Below are positions 1-8,563 of a stretch of DNA of 64,000 nucleotides, in pieces. Below the pieces are notes generated by a model that saw only the letters and a program-made list of their open reading frames with translations, ran no database searches and had not been told where the DNA came from. The translations under genes and the position numbers were made by a program. The stretch is from Candidatus Micrarchaeota archaeon (GTDB lineage: Archaea > Micrarchaeota > Micrarchaeia > Anstonellales > Bilamarchaeaceae). Position 1 is the first letter of the stretch; every line of letters starts with the position of its first letter. The DNA lies in NCBI GenBank assembly GCA_043827025.1, contig JBDRPL010000010.1, positions 1 to 64,000 on the forward strand. The letters run 5' to 3'.

Positions 1-13
1 TTTTTTGGTTTTT

Positions 14-316
14 ATGCTTATTGTCTATAACACTTGCCTTGACAAGGAAGTTGCGGAAAAGATAGCTAAACATCTAATTCAAAACAAGCTTGCCGCCTGC
101 ATCAATCTAATTAAAATCGAGAAATCTATTTACGAATGGAAGGGCAAGCTGTGCGAGGAACCTGAATATCTTCTTATGATAAAAATAAAGGATTCGAATT
201 ATGCTGCAATTGAAAAGGAAATAAAGAAACTCCATTCTTATGAGACTACAGAGATAATTGCAGTGAAAGTCGAGAAAGGAATAAAAGAATATGTTGATTG
301 GGTTGATGAGCCTTAG
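14..316 (+). CDS. cutA: Divalent-cation tolerance protein CutA
   Basis: ~100 aa with LAACIN, SIYEWKG, E(x)LLMIK and LHSYETTEII motifs typical of CutA; ATG at 14. Confidence 0.92.
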   Translation: MLIVYNTCLDKEVAEKIAKHLIQNKLAACINLIKIEKSIYEWKGKLCEEPEYLLMIKIKDSNYAAIEKEIKKLHSYETTEIIAVKVEKGIKEYVDWVDEP

Positions 317-609
317 TCTTCTTTTTCAGAAAGCCCCTTTATGGTTCCGCTGACACCTGTCACCCTTATTCTAGGTTCTTCACACATTCCCAGAAATCCA
401 AGAGTTTGATCCAAATGTTCGCGTTCGCACCTTATGAGGCCTTTTTCGCCATCGAACTCCATCAGTTTGAAAGCTGCCTTTGAAAAGCCGTATTCTCCAA
501 AGAAATGAAGCGCCTGCCGGTAAAGCTCCTTTTCAAATTCATTTTTCGAAGCTTTCCATGAAGTGGTGAATGAGATGTATCTTTTTCTTAGCGAGCCTGC
601 CTTTACCAT
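313..609 (-). CDS. rnp2: RNase P protein subunit Pop5/Rpp14
   Basis: RKRYI, FFGEYG, GLIRC and VSGTIK motifs of Rpp14/Pop5; start taken at MVKAG. Confidence 0.85.
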   Translation of the reverse strand: MVKAGSLRKRYISFTTSWKASKNEFEKELYRQALHFFGEYGFSKAAFKLMEFDGEKGLIRCEREHLDQTLGFLGMCEEPRIRVTGVSGTIKGLSEKED

Positions 610-661
610 GTAGAAGAATAACCCAGACATGGTTAAAAACCTAATCTTCTTACATTAATTT

Positions 662-1099
662 ATGGAAAAGGTACTTATAATTTCAGGAAGCAAGAGTGAT
701 CAGGAAGTTGCCGACCAGGCGATAAAAGTACTTGATTCGTTTAGTGTGAGGTATAAGTGTGAAATCGCATCTGCACACAGGAATCCAGAGAAGGTTGAGA
801 AGCTGGTCAGCGAAACTAGCGCACAAGTAATAATTGCGATCGCGGGTCTTTCAGCAGCGCTTCCAGGCGTCATTGCTTCAAAAACAACAAAACCCGTGAT
901 TGGCGTTCCTGTCAATTCGGCATTGGGCGGATTGGATGCACTGTTATCAATAGTTCAGATGCCCCCTAACATTCCAGTTGCAACCGTTGGCATTGGAAAC
1001 TCGAAGAACGCGGCTCTTCTGGCGGTGGAAATACTTGCATTGAATGATGATTCTCTTAAGGCAAAATTAGCGAACTTCAGGCAAAAATTGAAGGAATAG
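662..1099 (+). CDS. purE: N5-CAIR mutase / AIR carboxylase PurE
   Basis: [40 protein letters not shown]. Confidence 0.96.
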   Translation: MEKVLIISGSKSDQEVADQAIKVLDSFSVRYKCEIASAHRNPEKVEKLVSETSAQVIIAIAGLSAALPGVIASKTTKPVIGVPVNSALGGLDALLSIVQMPPNIPVATVGIGNSKNAALLAVEILALNDDSLKAKLANFRQKLKE

Positions 1100-1117
1100 T
1101 TGAAGGCGTAACAACAC

Positions 1118-2014
1118 ATGAAGCTCGATAAGAAGAACATACCTGTTGTTTTAGTAGTGGTAATGTTTTTCTGGGCATTGATGCACCCATTGAGCAAGAT
1201 GATTGTAGGTGATGTGCCACCTGTTCTTCTCACTTTTCTCAGATATGGTCTTGGCACAGTTTTCATGCTTGTTTATTTTGTGTTTGCCAAGCGCTCGATA
1301 AAGATTGAAAATAAAGACCTGATTCCGTTAGCTATTATTGGAATATTGGGCAACGGTATCGCAAACCTGTTCTATTTCACAGGCCTTAATCTTTCCACAG
1401 CCACAACTGCATCGATTTTGATAAATTTCAGCCCTCTTGCAATTGCTCTTTTATCCCCAATGCTGATAGGGGAAAAACTCAAAAAACAGGAGATGTTCGG
1501 AGTTCTGCTTGCATTTCTTGGAATAATCTTTGTAATAGACGGAGGTTCATCTATTGATTCTTTGGTTTCATCAGAATATTTCTACGGCAATTTGCTCATC
1601 TTATTTTCAGCATCGCTTGTTGCCGTATCTACAATCTACGGAAAGAAGTATATCCACAAATACGGAGGGTCGGTCGCATCCTTCTACACAATATTCTTCA
1701 GCATGATGTTCATGCTTCCCCTGACAGTATATACAGGCGTATTCTTCCAGATAAGTTCTCTTTCAGTATTTGATTGGTCTGTTGTGGTTTATCTAGGGCT
1801 TATAGCTGCATTTATTTTTGCAATACTGTATGCAAGTATAAGGCATATAGGTGCTGCAAAATCAACTTCATTCAAGCTTTTGATACCGGTCTATGCTACA
1901 CTGGTGGCAGTTGTTTTCTTAGGAGAGGTGCCTTCATTCTACACTCTTTTTGGAGGAATACTTGTGCTTGGCGGTTTGTTCCTGACTCATAGAGCAGATA
2001 GGGAATTCAAATAG
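1118..2014 (+). CDS. DMT/EamA family transporter
   Basis: 298 aa, about 10 hydrophobic segments in two EamA-like halves (LTFLR, LIGEK, FLGE). Confidence 0.9.
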   Translation: MKLDKKNIPVVLVVVMFFWALMHPLSKMIVGDVPPVLLTFLRYGLGTVFMLVYFVFAKRSIKIENKDLIPLAIIGILGNGIANLFYFTGLNLSTATTASILINFSPLAIALLSPMLIGEKLKKQEMFGVLLAFLGIIFVIDGGSSIDSLVSSEYFYGNLLILFSASLVAVSTIYGKKYIHKYGGSVASFYTIFFSMMFMLPLTVYTGVFFQISSLSVFDWSVVVYLGLIAAFIFAILYASIRHIGAAKSTSFKLLIPVYATLVAVVFLGEVPSFYTLFGGILVLGGLFLTHRADREFK

Positions 2015-2063
2015 TCTATGAGGTTAATCCTAGATTATAAACTTTTCTGAATCAATCCATATC

Positions 2064-2645
2064 ATGCTAAAGAAACCGGATTTCCATTTTCCCCAGATTT
2101 TCAGGAAGCTCAAGCGTGGCCCTGCAATCATCCAGCCAAAGGATGCAGGCATGTTCATTGCGTATACTGGTTTGAACAAGGATTCAGTTGTTGCAGAGCT
2201 TGGCACTGGATCAGGCTTTATGACAATATACCTTGCCCAGATTGCAAAGCATGTCACTACTTACGAGATGCGGGATGAGTTCTTTCAGATTGCAAAGTCC
2301 AATGTGCAGAAAGTCGGATTGGACAATGTTGATTGTAAATTAAGGAACGTTCTTGAGCAGTGGATTGATGAGAAAGAACTTGACTTAATATTTTGCGACA
2401 TAAAAGAGCCTGAGGTTGCGATTGAAAAGATGCACGCTTCTCTCAAAGAAGGCGGATATGTTGCAGCGCACTGCCTTAACATAGAGCAGGCAAAGGCATT
2501 CCATCTTGCTTGCGAAACAAAAAAATTCAAAGAAGTGTTTACACTTGAAAACATAATCCGGGAATATGCTGTTCGTGATTTTGGCATAAGGCCTGCACAC
2601 ATGGGATTGCTTCACACTGCTTACTTGGTGTTTGCAAGAAAATGA
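2064..2645 (+). CDS. trmI: tRNA (adenine57/58-N1)-methyltransferase, TrmI/GCD14 family (short form)
   Basis: RGPAIIQPKD, ELGTGSG SAM motif, RPAHMGLLHTAYLVFARK C-terminus. Confidence 0.9.
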   Translation: MLKKPDFHFPQIFRKLKRGPAIIQPKDAGMFIAYTGLNKDSVVAELGTGSGFMTIYLAQIAKHVTTYEMRDEFFQIAKSNVQKVGLDNVDCKLRNVLEQWIDEKELDLIFCDIKEPEVAIEKMHASLKEGGYVAAHCLNIEQAKAFHLACETKKFKEVFTLENIIREYAVRDFGIRPAHMGLLHTAYLVFARK

Positions 2646-2649
2646 TTGT

Positions 2650-2880
2650 TCAGATGTTTGTAGAATACAATAGGATGTCTTCTCCTTTTTGAGTTATCTC
2701 AATAAGTCCGCGATTCAGCATTATCCTTACATATTGTCCCATTCGCGAACCCATCACCCCGAACCTCTCAGCAATCGCCTGTTTCGAACTGGGGTTGTGT
2801 TCGCACAGGTAGTCATATATTTTCTTGATCAGTTTCTCATCCTCTTCGCTGATCTTAATGTAAACAGGAATTTCTTTCAT
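2650..2880 (-). CDS. Small winged-helix protein
   Basis: 76 aa, KIYDYL...SKQAIAERFGV...MLNRGLIEI pattern. Confidence 0.6.
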   Translation of the reverse strand: MKEIPVYIKISEEDEKLIKKIYDYLCEHNPSSKQAIAERFGVMGSRMGQYVRIMLNRGLIEITQKGEDILLYSTNI

Positions 2881-2992
2881 GAATTCAATTGGAAGTTCAA
2901 GCTTATATCTTTTTACAATTAGGTTTTTAGAAAATAAAAAATGCAGGCAGACCTGAACTTTGTTCAGGAGCCAGCATTTTTATGAGTAAAAA

Positions 2993-3163
2993 TGCAGGGA
3001 ACAGGATTTTCATATTGCACCACTTGGTTGCAAGAGGTGCTGAGCCCGCTGGGGCTCTGCTTTGAACCTGCGTAGGCGCTAGGCCAGTAGATTTCTTATT
3101 TCGCTCTTGAAACAAGAACATGGATCTTGAGTCTACCGCGTTTGACCGCTCCGCCATCCCTGC
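2993..3163 (-). tRNA. tRNA-Leu(CAA) with two introns: 3093-3125 (33 nt, position 37/38) and 3007-3060 (54 nt, T-loop 59/60)
   Basis: Removing both introns gives an 84-nt cloverleaf GCAGGGATGGCGGAGCGGTCAAACGCGGTAGACTCAAGATCTACTGGCCTAGCGCCTACGCAGGTTCAAATCCTGTTCCCTGCA: acceptor GCAGGGA/TCCCTGC, anticodon stem GTAGA/TCTAC, long variable arm, discriminator A; BHB-like junctions. Confidence 0.93.
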
Positions 3164-3336
3164 ATGTCGAACTTGCCAGCGGGGCAAGTTTGACTAATTT
3201 GACCGACCGATAGGGGAGGTCAAATCTCCTTCAACTCGAAACGAGTTGGAGGGTATGAAAGAACACAGATTGTCTTTCATCAGAAAGGAGTTTATGGGAC
3301 AAGGGTTTTATTAATTTTACTCCTTTTGTTCTTACC

Positions 3337-3633
3337 ATGTATCTTAAGATTCATAATACCAAAGAAGGCGTAATCGTAGCTGCCTGTGACAAGAATCTCC
3401 TAGGCAAATCCTTCGAAGAAGGTATAAAATGTATAGATCTCAAGACGTATAGGGCTTTCTATGAAGGGGAGTTGTCCACGCCTTTAAACCTTAAACAGGC
3501 ATTAAAATTATTTTCTTCGGCAAACTTGGTGGGAAAAAATGTCATTAAGGCAGCTATCGAAGCAAATGTTATAAAGGATGAGGATGTTAAATACATAGAA
3601 AAAGTTCCGTATGTTCAGGTATATAATATCTGA
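3337..3633 (+). CDS. DUF424 family protein
   Basis: IVAACDKNLLGK, FYEG, ANLVGK, VPYVQ. Confidence 0.88.
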   Translation: MYLKIHNTKEGVIVAACDKNLLGKSFEEGIKCIDLKTYRAFYEGELSTPLNLKQALKLFSSANLVGKNVIKAAIEANVIKDEDVKYIEKVPYVQVYNI

Positions 3634-3650
3634 TGTGCGGAGGTGGGAAT

Positions 3651-4049
3651 ATGAAATCGCTTGCAGTTGTTACAGAGGATCGTGTAGGTCTATTGGCAGA
3701 CATATCATATATTCTCGGCAAAGCCAAGATCAATATTGAATCCTTGAGTGTTGATGTTGTTGGTGGCAAGGCAGTTATAATCTTAACTGTGAATTCATCA
3801 GATTCGGCAGAAGAGGCTCTTAGGGCAGCAGGTTACAAAGTAGAAGAATCAAATGTCATTGTCCTTAAACTGCAGGATCAGCCTGGAGAATTAAATAGAA
3901 TAACAAGTCTGCTTGCAAAGGAACACGTAAGTATAGACAATGTACATATCCTCTCAAGGGATGGGAAATGCACTATCATTGGCATTGTTGTTGACAAGCC
4001 TAAGAAAGCAGAGGTGCTTCTTGAGAAATATCTTGTTAATAAGGAGTAA
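3651..4049 (+). CDS. Tandem ACT-domain protein
   Basis: Two ACT repeats: EDRVGLLADISYILGKAKINIE and QDQPGELNRITSLLAKEHVSID. Confidence 0.88.
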   Translation: MKSLAVVTEDRVGLLADISYILGKAKINIESLSVDVVGGKAVIILTVNSSDSAEEALRAAGYKVEESNVIVLKLQDQPGELNRITSLLAKEHVSIDNVHILSRDGKCTIIGIVVDKPKKAEVLLEKYLVNKE

Positions 4050-4050
4050 A

Positions 4051-5040
4051 TCAGACTTCTATCTCTACTTTTTTGGTTTTTTTATCTATCCTCATGGTCT
4101 TGGCTATCTCTTCAATTTTCTTTTTCTTCAGTTCGCCCATAGTTTTTTCTATCTTCTCGAAATTCTCATAGATGCAGTCTCCTTTTTTCTTGCATTCTTC
4201 TATTTCCTTATCCATTTCAACGAGTTTTGCCTTTTGGTTTTCAAGCCTTTTTTCAAGCTCCCCGAGCTTTTTGTTTTTAGTGCCCTTGTTCTGCCAATAA
4301 TATTCATCAATGCATTCACCAAGTGTTTTCATTTCAGTTGCTTCGCACTGTTTGTCAAATATCACAAGTCCGTAATCGATTGCATGCCCTTCCCTGGAAA
4401 ACAAGTATGGCTTCAGGTTATTTTGCAGTTCTGCTATTCCGTTTTCGATTCGTTTTACTTCGTCTTTTGCCAGTGCAGTGCCTGGTTTTTTCTCATCTAT
4501 CACAAGTTTTGCAAGAATGTATTTGCAGTATTTTTTTCCAAGAGGCATGTTTAGCATGCTGATTATGACGTATTTTTCATTGAGTTGAAGAGTATTCGAG
4601 TTTCTGGATTCAGGAGGTTCATACGTCTCGCCACGTTTCACTTTCCTTGTAGACCATTCCCTTTCTTCGTATGCTGTCACTATCTTACTATTTTCCACTA
4701 GGAGCAGGTTTCCCTTGCTGAAGCATTCGATCACCAATTGCAAATCCCCTTCGAATGTGAACACCACTATCCTGTCCAGCCTGTAGAGCGAAACCTCCAC
4801 CAGCCTTTTGTTTTCCAATTCTTTGTTTATCTTTTGGCATAAATTATCAGTTTCGGATTCTTCAATGTATTTTGTAATATTAAGGCGGATTCCAAGTTCG
4901 ATTATGATTTCCTTATCTTGTATTTTGAGCCTGTATTTGCCATCGTTTATCTTTCTGATCCTGTCGAACCTTTTGCCGGCAAGCTCCTTTAGTTCGTTTT
5001 TGACCATGTAGTCATATTCAATGTGTTCCATATTTCTCAT
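4051..5040 (-). CDS. NFACT/RqcH (FbpA-N) family protein, N-terminal half only
   Basis: LDRIVVFTF, LVIECFSKGNLLL, RKVKRGETYEPP, coiled coil ending KGDCIYENF. Confidence 0.8.
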   Translation of the reverse strand: MRNMEHIEYDYMVKNELKELAGKRFDRIRKINDGKYRLKIQDKEIIIELGIRLNITKYIEESETDNLCQKINKELENKRLVEVSLYRLDRIVVFTFEGDLQLVIECFSKGNLLLVENSKIVTAYEEREWSTRKVKRGETYEPPESRNSNTLQLNEKYVIISMLNMPLGKKYCKYILAKLVIDEKKPGTALAKDEVKRIENGIAELQNNLKPYLFSREGHAIDYGLVIFDKQCEATEMKTLGECIDEYYWQNKGTKNKKLGELEKRLENQKAKLVEMDKEIEECKKKGDCIYENFEKIEKTMGELKKKKIEEIAKTMRIDKKTKKVEIEV

Positions 5041-5352
5041 GTTTATCGTTCAGTTCATGGATGTTATAGTTTATAATGTCTAGTTTGTCCTGCATATTTT
5101 TTATCTGGGCTATTTGAACATCCTTTCCCTGTGTAAACAACACATTTCTTCAGAGTTTTTTATGCTATCTTTGTGAGTTTGTACATAATAACACCAAAAT
5201 AGTGTGCAAAACAACATTTTTGATGAGATGGATATGCGAAAACAGCATAAAAAAATGTTGAAATATGTTAAATTGTATAACGTTTATAAATGTTTTTGTT
5301 CGTGTAATTATGTCTAAGTAATGGAGTTAAGCGTAAAGGAGATTTAGTAACA

Positions 5353-6265
5353 ATGAGACTCAAGCATGAAAGCAATCCTGAAATACGAACCGACAAACAG
5401 AACCATACTTTTGGAGAAAGGATGAAATCAAAAGCTGTCAAAGCGATTCATTCATTAGGAAGATTTGGAAGGGCGTTACTCGTAGGTGGACTGATTGCTG
5501 CTCCGAGTGCTGGGGCGTTTGTTGGATGTACTGATGGTCAGACACAGGAAGAAGAGCCAGTATTTCCAAAAACTGGAATCAAGATAATCCCATATAACGG
5601 AGAAATTCTACAGGATGAAAATGGAACTTATTATATGGCGACACGATTTATAGTAGCGTTCAAAGAAGGAATTCAAGTTTCAGATTCTGAAGTTGAAGAG
5701 TTAACTGGTGGAAAGATCACAGGAAAGATCCCTGGGTTGAATGCTTATCAGGTTGAAGTGGCTAAGGAGAAGCTGGATGAGACGATTGGAACTGTTGGGA
5801 AGGATAGACCTTCGTTCAGAAAACCAAGGAGTCTTTTTGAACTTTGAATTACATAAAGACATGATCCTTCTTCAGGAAGTTGGATGGAAAAGTCCGTCTA
5901 TTCAGGAAAACAGGATACGTATTGCAAACTTGCAAGATCCTGGCAATGTGATCCTCACCACAGTTTTCTCAGAATCTCCTCTAGATTACTTAGGTTATCC
6001 AGATCCAAACTATTCCCATAAGGCAAATTTTGATATCTCTGATGACTATGTAGTCCATGTCAGATATAACCAACAGGGCAGTAACCTTGTTTTTTATCAT
6101 ATCCCTTCTGGAAAAACAACTACTGAAGATGGATTAAGCATAACAAGCAATGGCGGATTCTGGTCGGATTTCAGCAGTGTCAGATTAGACCGTAACAAGG
6201 TTTTATTTCTGGAATATGAAGACGATAGCTCAAAACGTGTGATGGCATGCGATTTTAAACTTTGA
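5353..6265 (+). pseudogene. Frameshifted secreted lipoprotein: S8-protease pro-domain-like module followed by beta-propeller-like repeats
   Basis: ORF 5353-5847 (FVGC lipobox; FIVAFKEG...GGKITGKIPGLNAYQV) overlaps ORF 5741-6265 in the +1 frame; deleting one A at about 5820-5823 joins them (SFRNQGVFLNFELHKD). Confidence 0.55.
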
Positions 6266-6280
6266 TGAAGAGGTTTTACT

Positions 6281-6781
6281 ATGAAGAAAATACTGACTTT
6301 GTTGGTCATTTTCCTTTTGTTGGGTTGTGTCCAGCAACAGCAGAATATTGGGAAGAATGAAACTACAAGTTTAGAAAATCAATCAAACATCACCAATTCT
6401 AGTGTAACCAATATAGATATCTCAAAATTTAATGGAAGCATAACTTTTGAAATTGAAGAACTTAATAATAGTTATGGCAATATTAGTCCATTCTTGCACG
6501 TGCAAACAAATGAAACGTATCCTTGTTCCAATAATTATTTTAGTCATCGTATTGAAACAAATGGTTCTACGATTCATGTAGTTTTACTTGACGTGATGCT
6601 GGAGAAAGTGTGTATTGAAATAATTACAAACTCGTCTTTCTTTGAACAAATATCTTTAAAAGATGGAAACTATACACTCGAATTCGTTTCAGCAAAAGGA
6701 ACTGATAGTTATCAATTGATTGTCGATGCAAATAAAGTAAGTGTTTTACCCATAAAATCCACGTTTTCAAAATTCGAGTGA
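6281..6781 (+). CDS. Putative lipoprotein
   Basis: MKK + hydrophobic stretch + LLGC lipobox; many N-x-S/T sequons. Confidence 0.75.
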   Translation: MKKILTLLVIFLLLGCVQQQQNIGKNETTSLENQSNITNSSVTNIDISKFNGSITFEIEELNNSYGNISPFLHVQTNETYPCSNNYFSHRIETNGSTIHVVLLDVMLEKVCIEIITNSSFFEQISLKDGNYTLEFVSAKGTDSYQLIVDANKVSVLPIKSTFSKFE

Positions 6782-6901
6782 TACTACAACCTTCGAAAAT
6801 GGATTAACCTTGCAACGCGCTCGCGTTCAGCCGCTCGAGTGTCTTTTTAAGCTTTTCTTGCGAATAGTGACTAGGTTTGTTATTTATATCTGGTGACTCT
6901 A

Positions 6902-8563
6902 ATGCCAAAAGATGACGTTAAGAAGAAAATAAAGCAGAATCTGGAATACGAAGACGAATCAAAGTCTTCTGAGGAAGAAACCGAATCCGGACAACCTACA
7001 GAAGAGACTGAGTTGATGGAACAAAAAGAACCTAAAGTTCCAGATGGTGAAGAACCAGAAGAGCCTGAGAAAAGAGAGCCCCAGGGTCCGTCAATACTTG
7101 CATCCTATTCATTCCAGAGTGAAGGCCTTCCCGTAGAGGTGAAGATCATCAAGAGGGATGATTTTGTTCCTTATTATGAAATAACAATTCCTGGCATTGA
7201 TGAGTGGACAAAGAAGATGCTTGAGAAAAGCCTTAAGGCAGAGCTTGTGGCACAGGTCAATCTGGACATAAGTGAAATGCTTGATCCAAAGAGATTCAAC
7301 GAGGTCAAGCAAAAGTTCCTTGCAACTGCCAGAGGCATATTGAAGCGCGAGTTCTCCTCTTTATCAGAAGCCAACATCGGAATACTTTCGGTTTATCTTC
7401 TTCAGAATACTATTGGTCTGGGGGAACTTGAAAATCTCAGGGCTGATGAAGATCTGGAAGAAATTGTCATAAACAATTCAAAGGAAAACGTTTGGGTATA
7501 TCACAAGAAATTCGGCTGGTGCAAAACCAATCTCAGGGTCAAGGACGAGATGATGACTTATGATTATGCATCTACAATAGCAAGGAAAATCGGAAGGCAG
7601 ATAAATGTCCTGAATCCTATGCTTGATGCACACCTTCCGAACGGAGACCGTGTCAATGCTACATTGTTTCCAATATCAAATACTGGAAATACAATAACAA
7701 TAAGGAAGTTCGCAAAGAACCCTTGGACAATAACCACTTTCATAAAATCAAAAACCATCTCTTCTGAAGTTTCAGCATTGATCTGGCTTTGCATGCAGAA
7801 CGAGCTTTCATTGCTTGTGAGCGGAGGGACAGGAAGCGGAAAGACTTCTTTCCTAAATGCAATGGCAGGGCTTGTTCCTGCAAATCAGCGTATTATCAGC
7901 ATAGAGGATACAAGAGAGCTTACATTACCATCTTTCCTTCAATGGATACCTATGGTTACAAGGGAACCTAATCCTGAAGGAAAGGGTGAAGTCACAATGC
8001 TTGATCTCATGGTCAATGCACTGAGGCAGAGGCCGGATAGGATATTTGTAGGGGAAGTTAGAAGGCAAAGGGAAGCCGAAATCTTGTTCGAAGCAATGCA
8101 TACTGGCCATTCAGTGTATGCGACTTTGCATGCAGACAATTCCGAACAGACAATCTCCCGTCTCGTTAACCCGCCAATAAATATTCCAGAAGGGATGCTT
8201 GATGCTCTTGCAGGAATCGTTGTCCAATTCAGGCACAGGCGATTCAACATAAGAAGGACACTCGAATTCACAGAAGTTCTAAAGGATGGCAAGCTCAACA
8301 ATCTATATAGGTGGGATGTAAAGACTGATAAGCTTAGGGGTACATCCAAGTTAATGCGGCTTACAGAACTGCTTTCCCTTTATGCAGGTATGACTGACAA
8401 GGAAATTATTTCTGACGTAGAGGAGAAGAAGAAAGTGCTGGATTGGATGGTTAAGAATGAATATGAGAATGTGGACCAAGTGGGGAGGGTAGTTTCCTAT
8501 TACTATATGGATCCGGATGAAGTCATGGCACATGTCAAGAAAGACAAGCCGTGGAGTTTTTGA
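6902..8563 (+). CDS. Type II/IV secretion / type IV pilus assembly ATPase (VirB11/TadA/FlaI family)
   Basis: Walker A GGTGSGKT, SIEDTREL, LRQRPDRIFVGEVR, AMHTGH, TLHA; acidic N-terminal extension; GGTGA SD before ATG 6902. Confidence 0.95.
   Translation: MPKDDVKKKIKQNLEYEDESKSSEEETESGQPTEETELMEQKEPKVPDGEEPEEPEKREPQGPSILASYSFQSEGLPVEVKIIKRDDFVPYYEITIPGIDEWTKKMLEKSLKAELVAQVNLDISEMLDPKRFNEVKQKFLATARGILKREFSSLSEANIGILSVYLLQNTIGLGELENLRADEDLEEIVINNSKENVWVYHKKFGWCKTNLRVKDEMMTYDYASTIARKIGRQINVLNPMLDAHLPNGDRVNATLFPISNTGNTITIRKFAKNPWTITTFIKSKTISSEVSALIWLCMQNELSLLVSGGTGSGKTSFLNAMAGLVPANQRIISIEDTRELTLPSFLQWIPMVTREPNPEGKGEVTMLDLMVNALRQRPDRIFVGEVRRQREAEILFEAMHTGHSVYATLHADNSEQTISRLVNPPINIPEGMLDALAGIVVQFRHRRFNIRRTLEFTEVLKDGKLNNLYRWDVKTDKLRGTSKLMRLTELLSLYAGMTDKEIISDVEEKKKVLDWMVKNEYENVDQVGRVVSYYYMDPDEVMAHVKKDKPWSF

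Noticed and set aside
2927..3187. 86-aa ORF on the minus strand
   Set aside because: Translation of the intron-containing tRNA-Leu and its flanks
6774..6841. 7-bp direct repeat TCGAGTG around a small hairpin
   Set aside because: Weak structure and a short repeat; could be chance, so not counted among the cassettes
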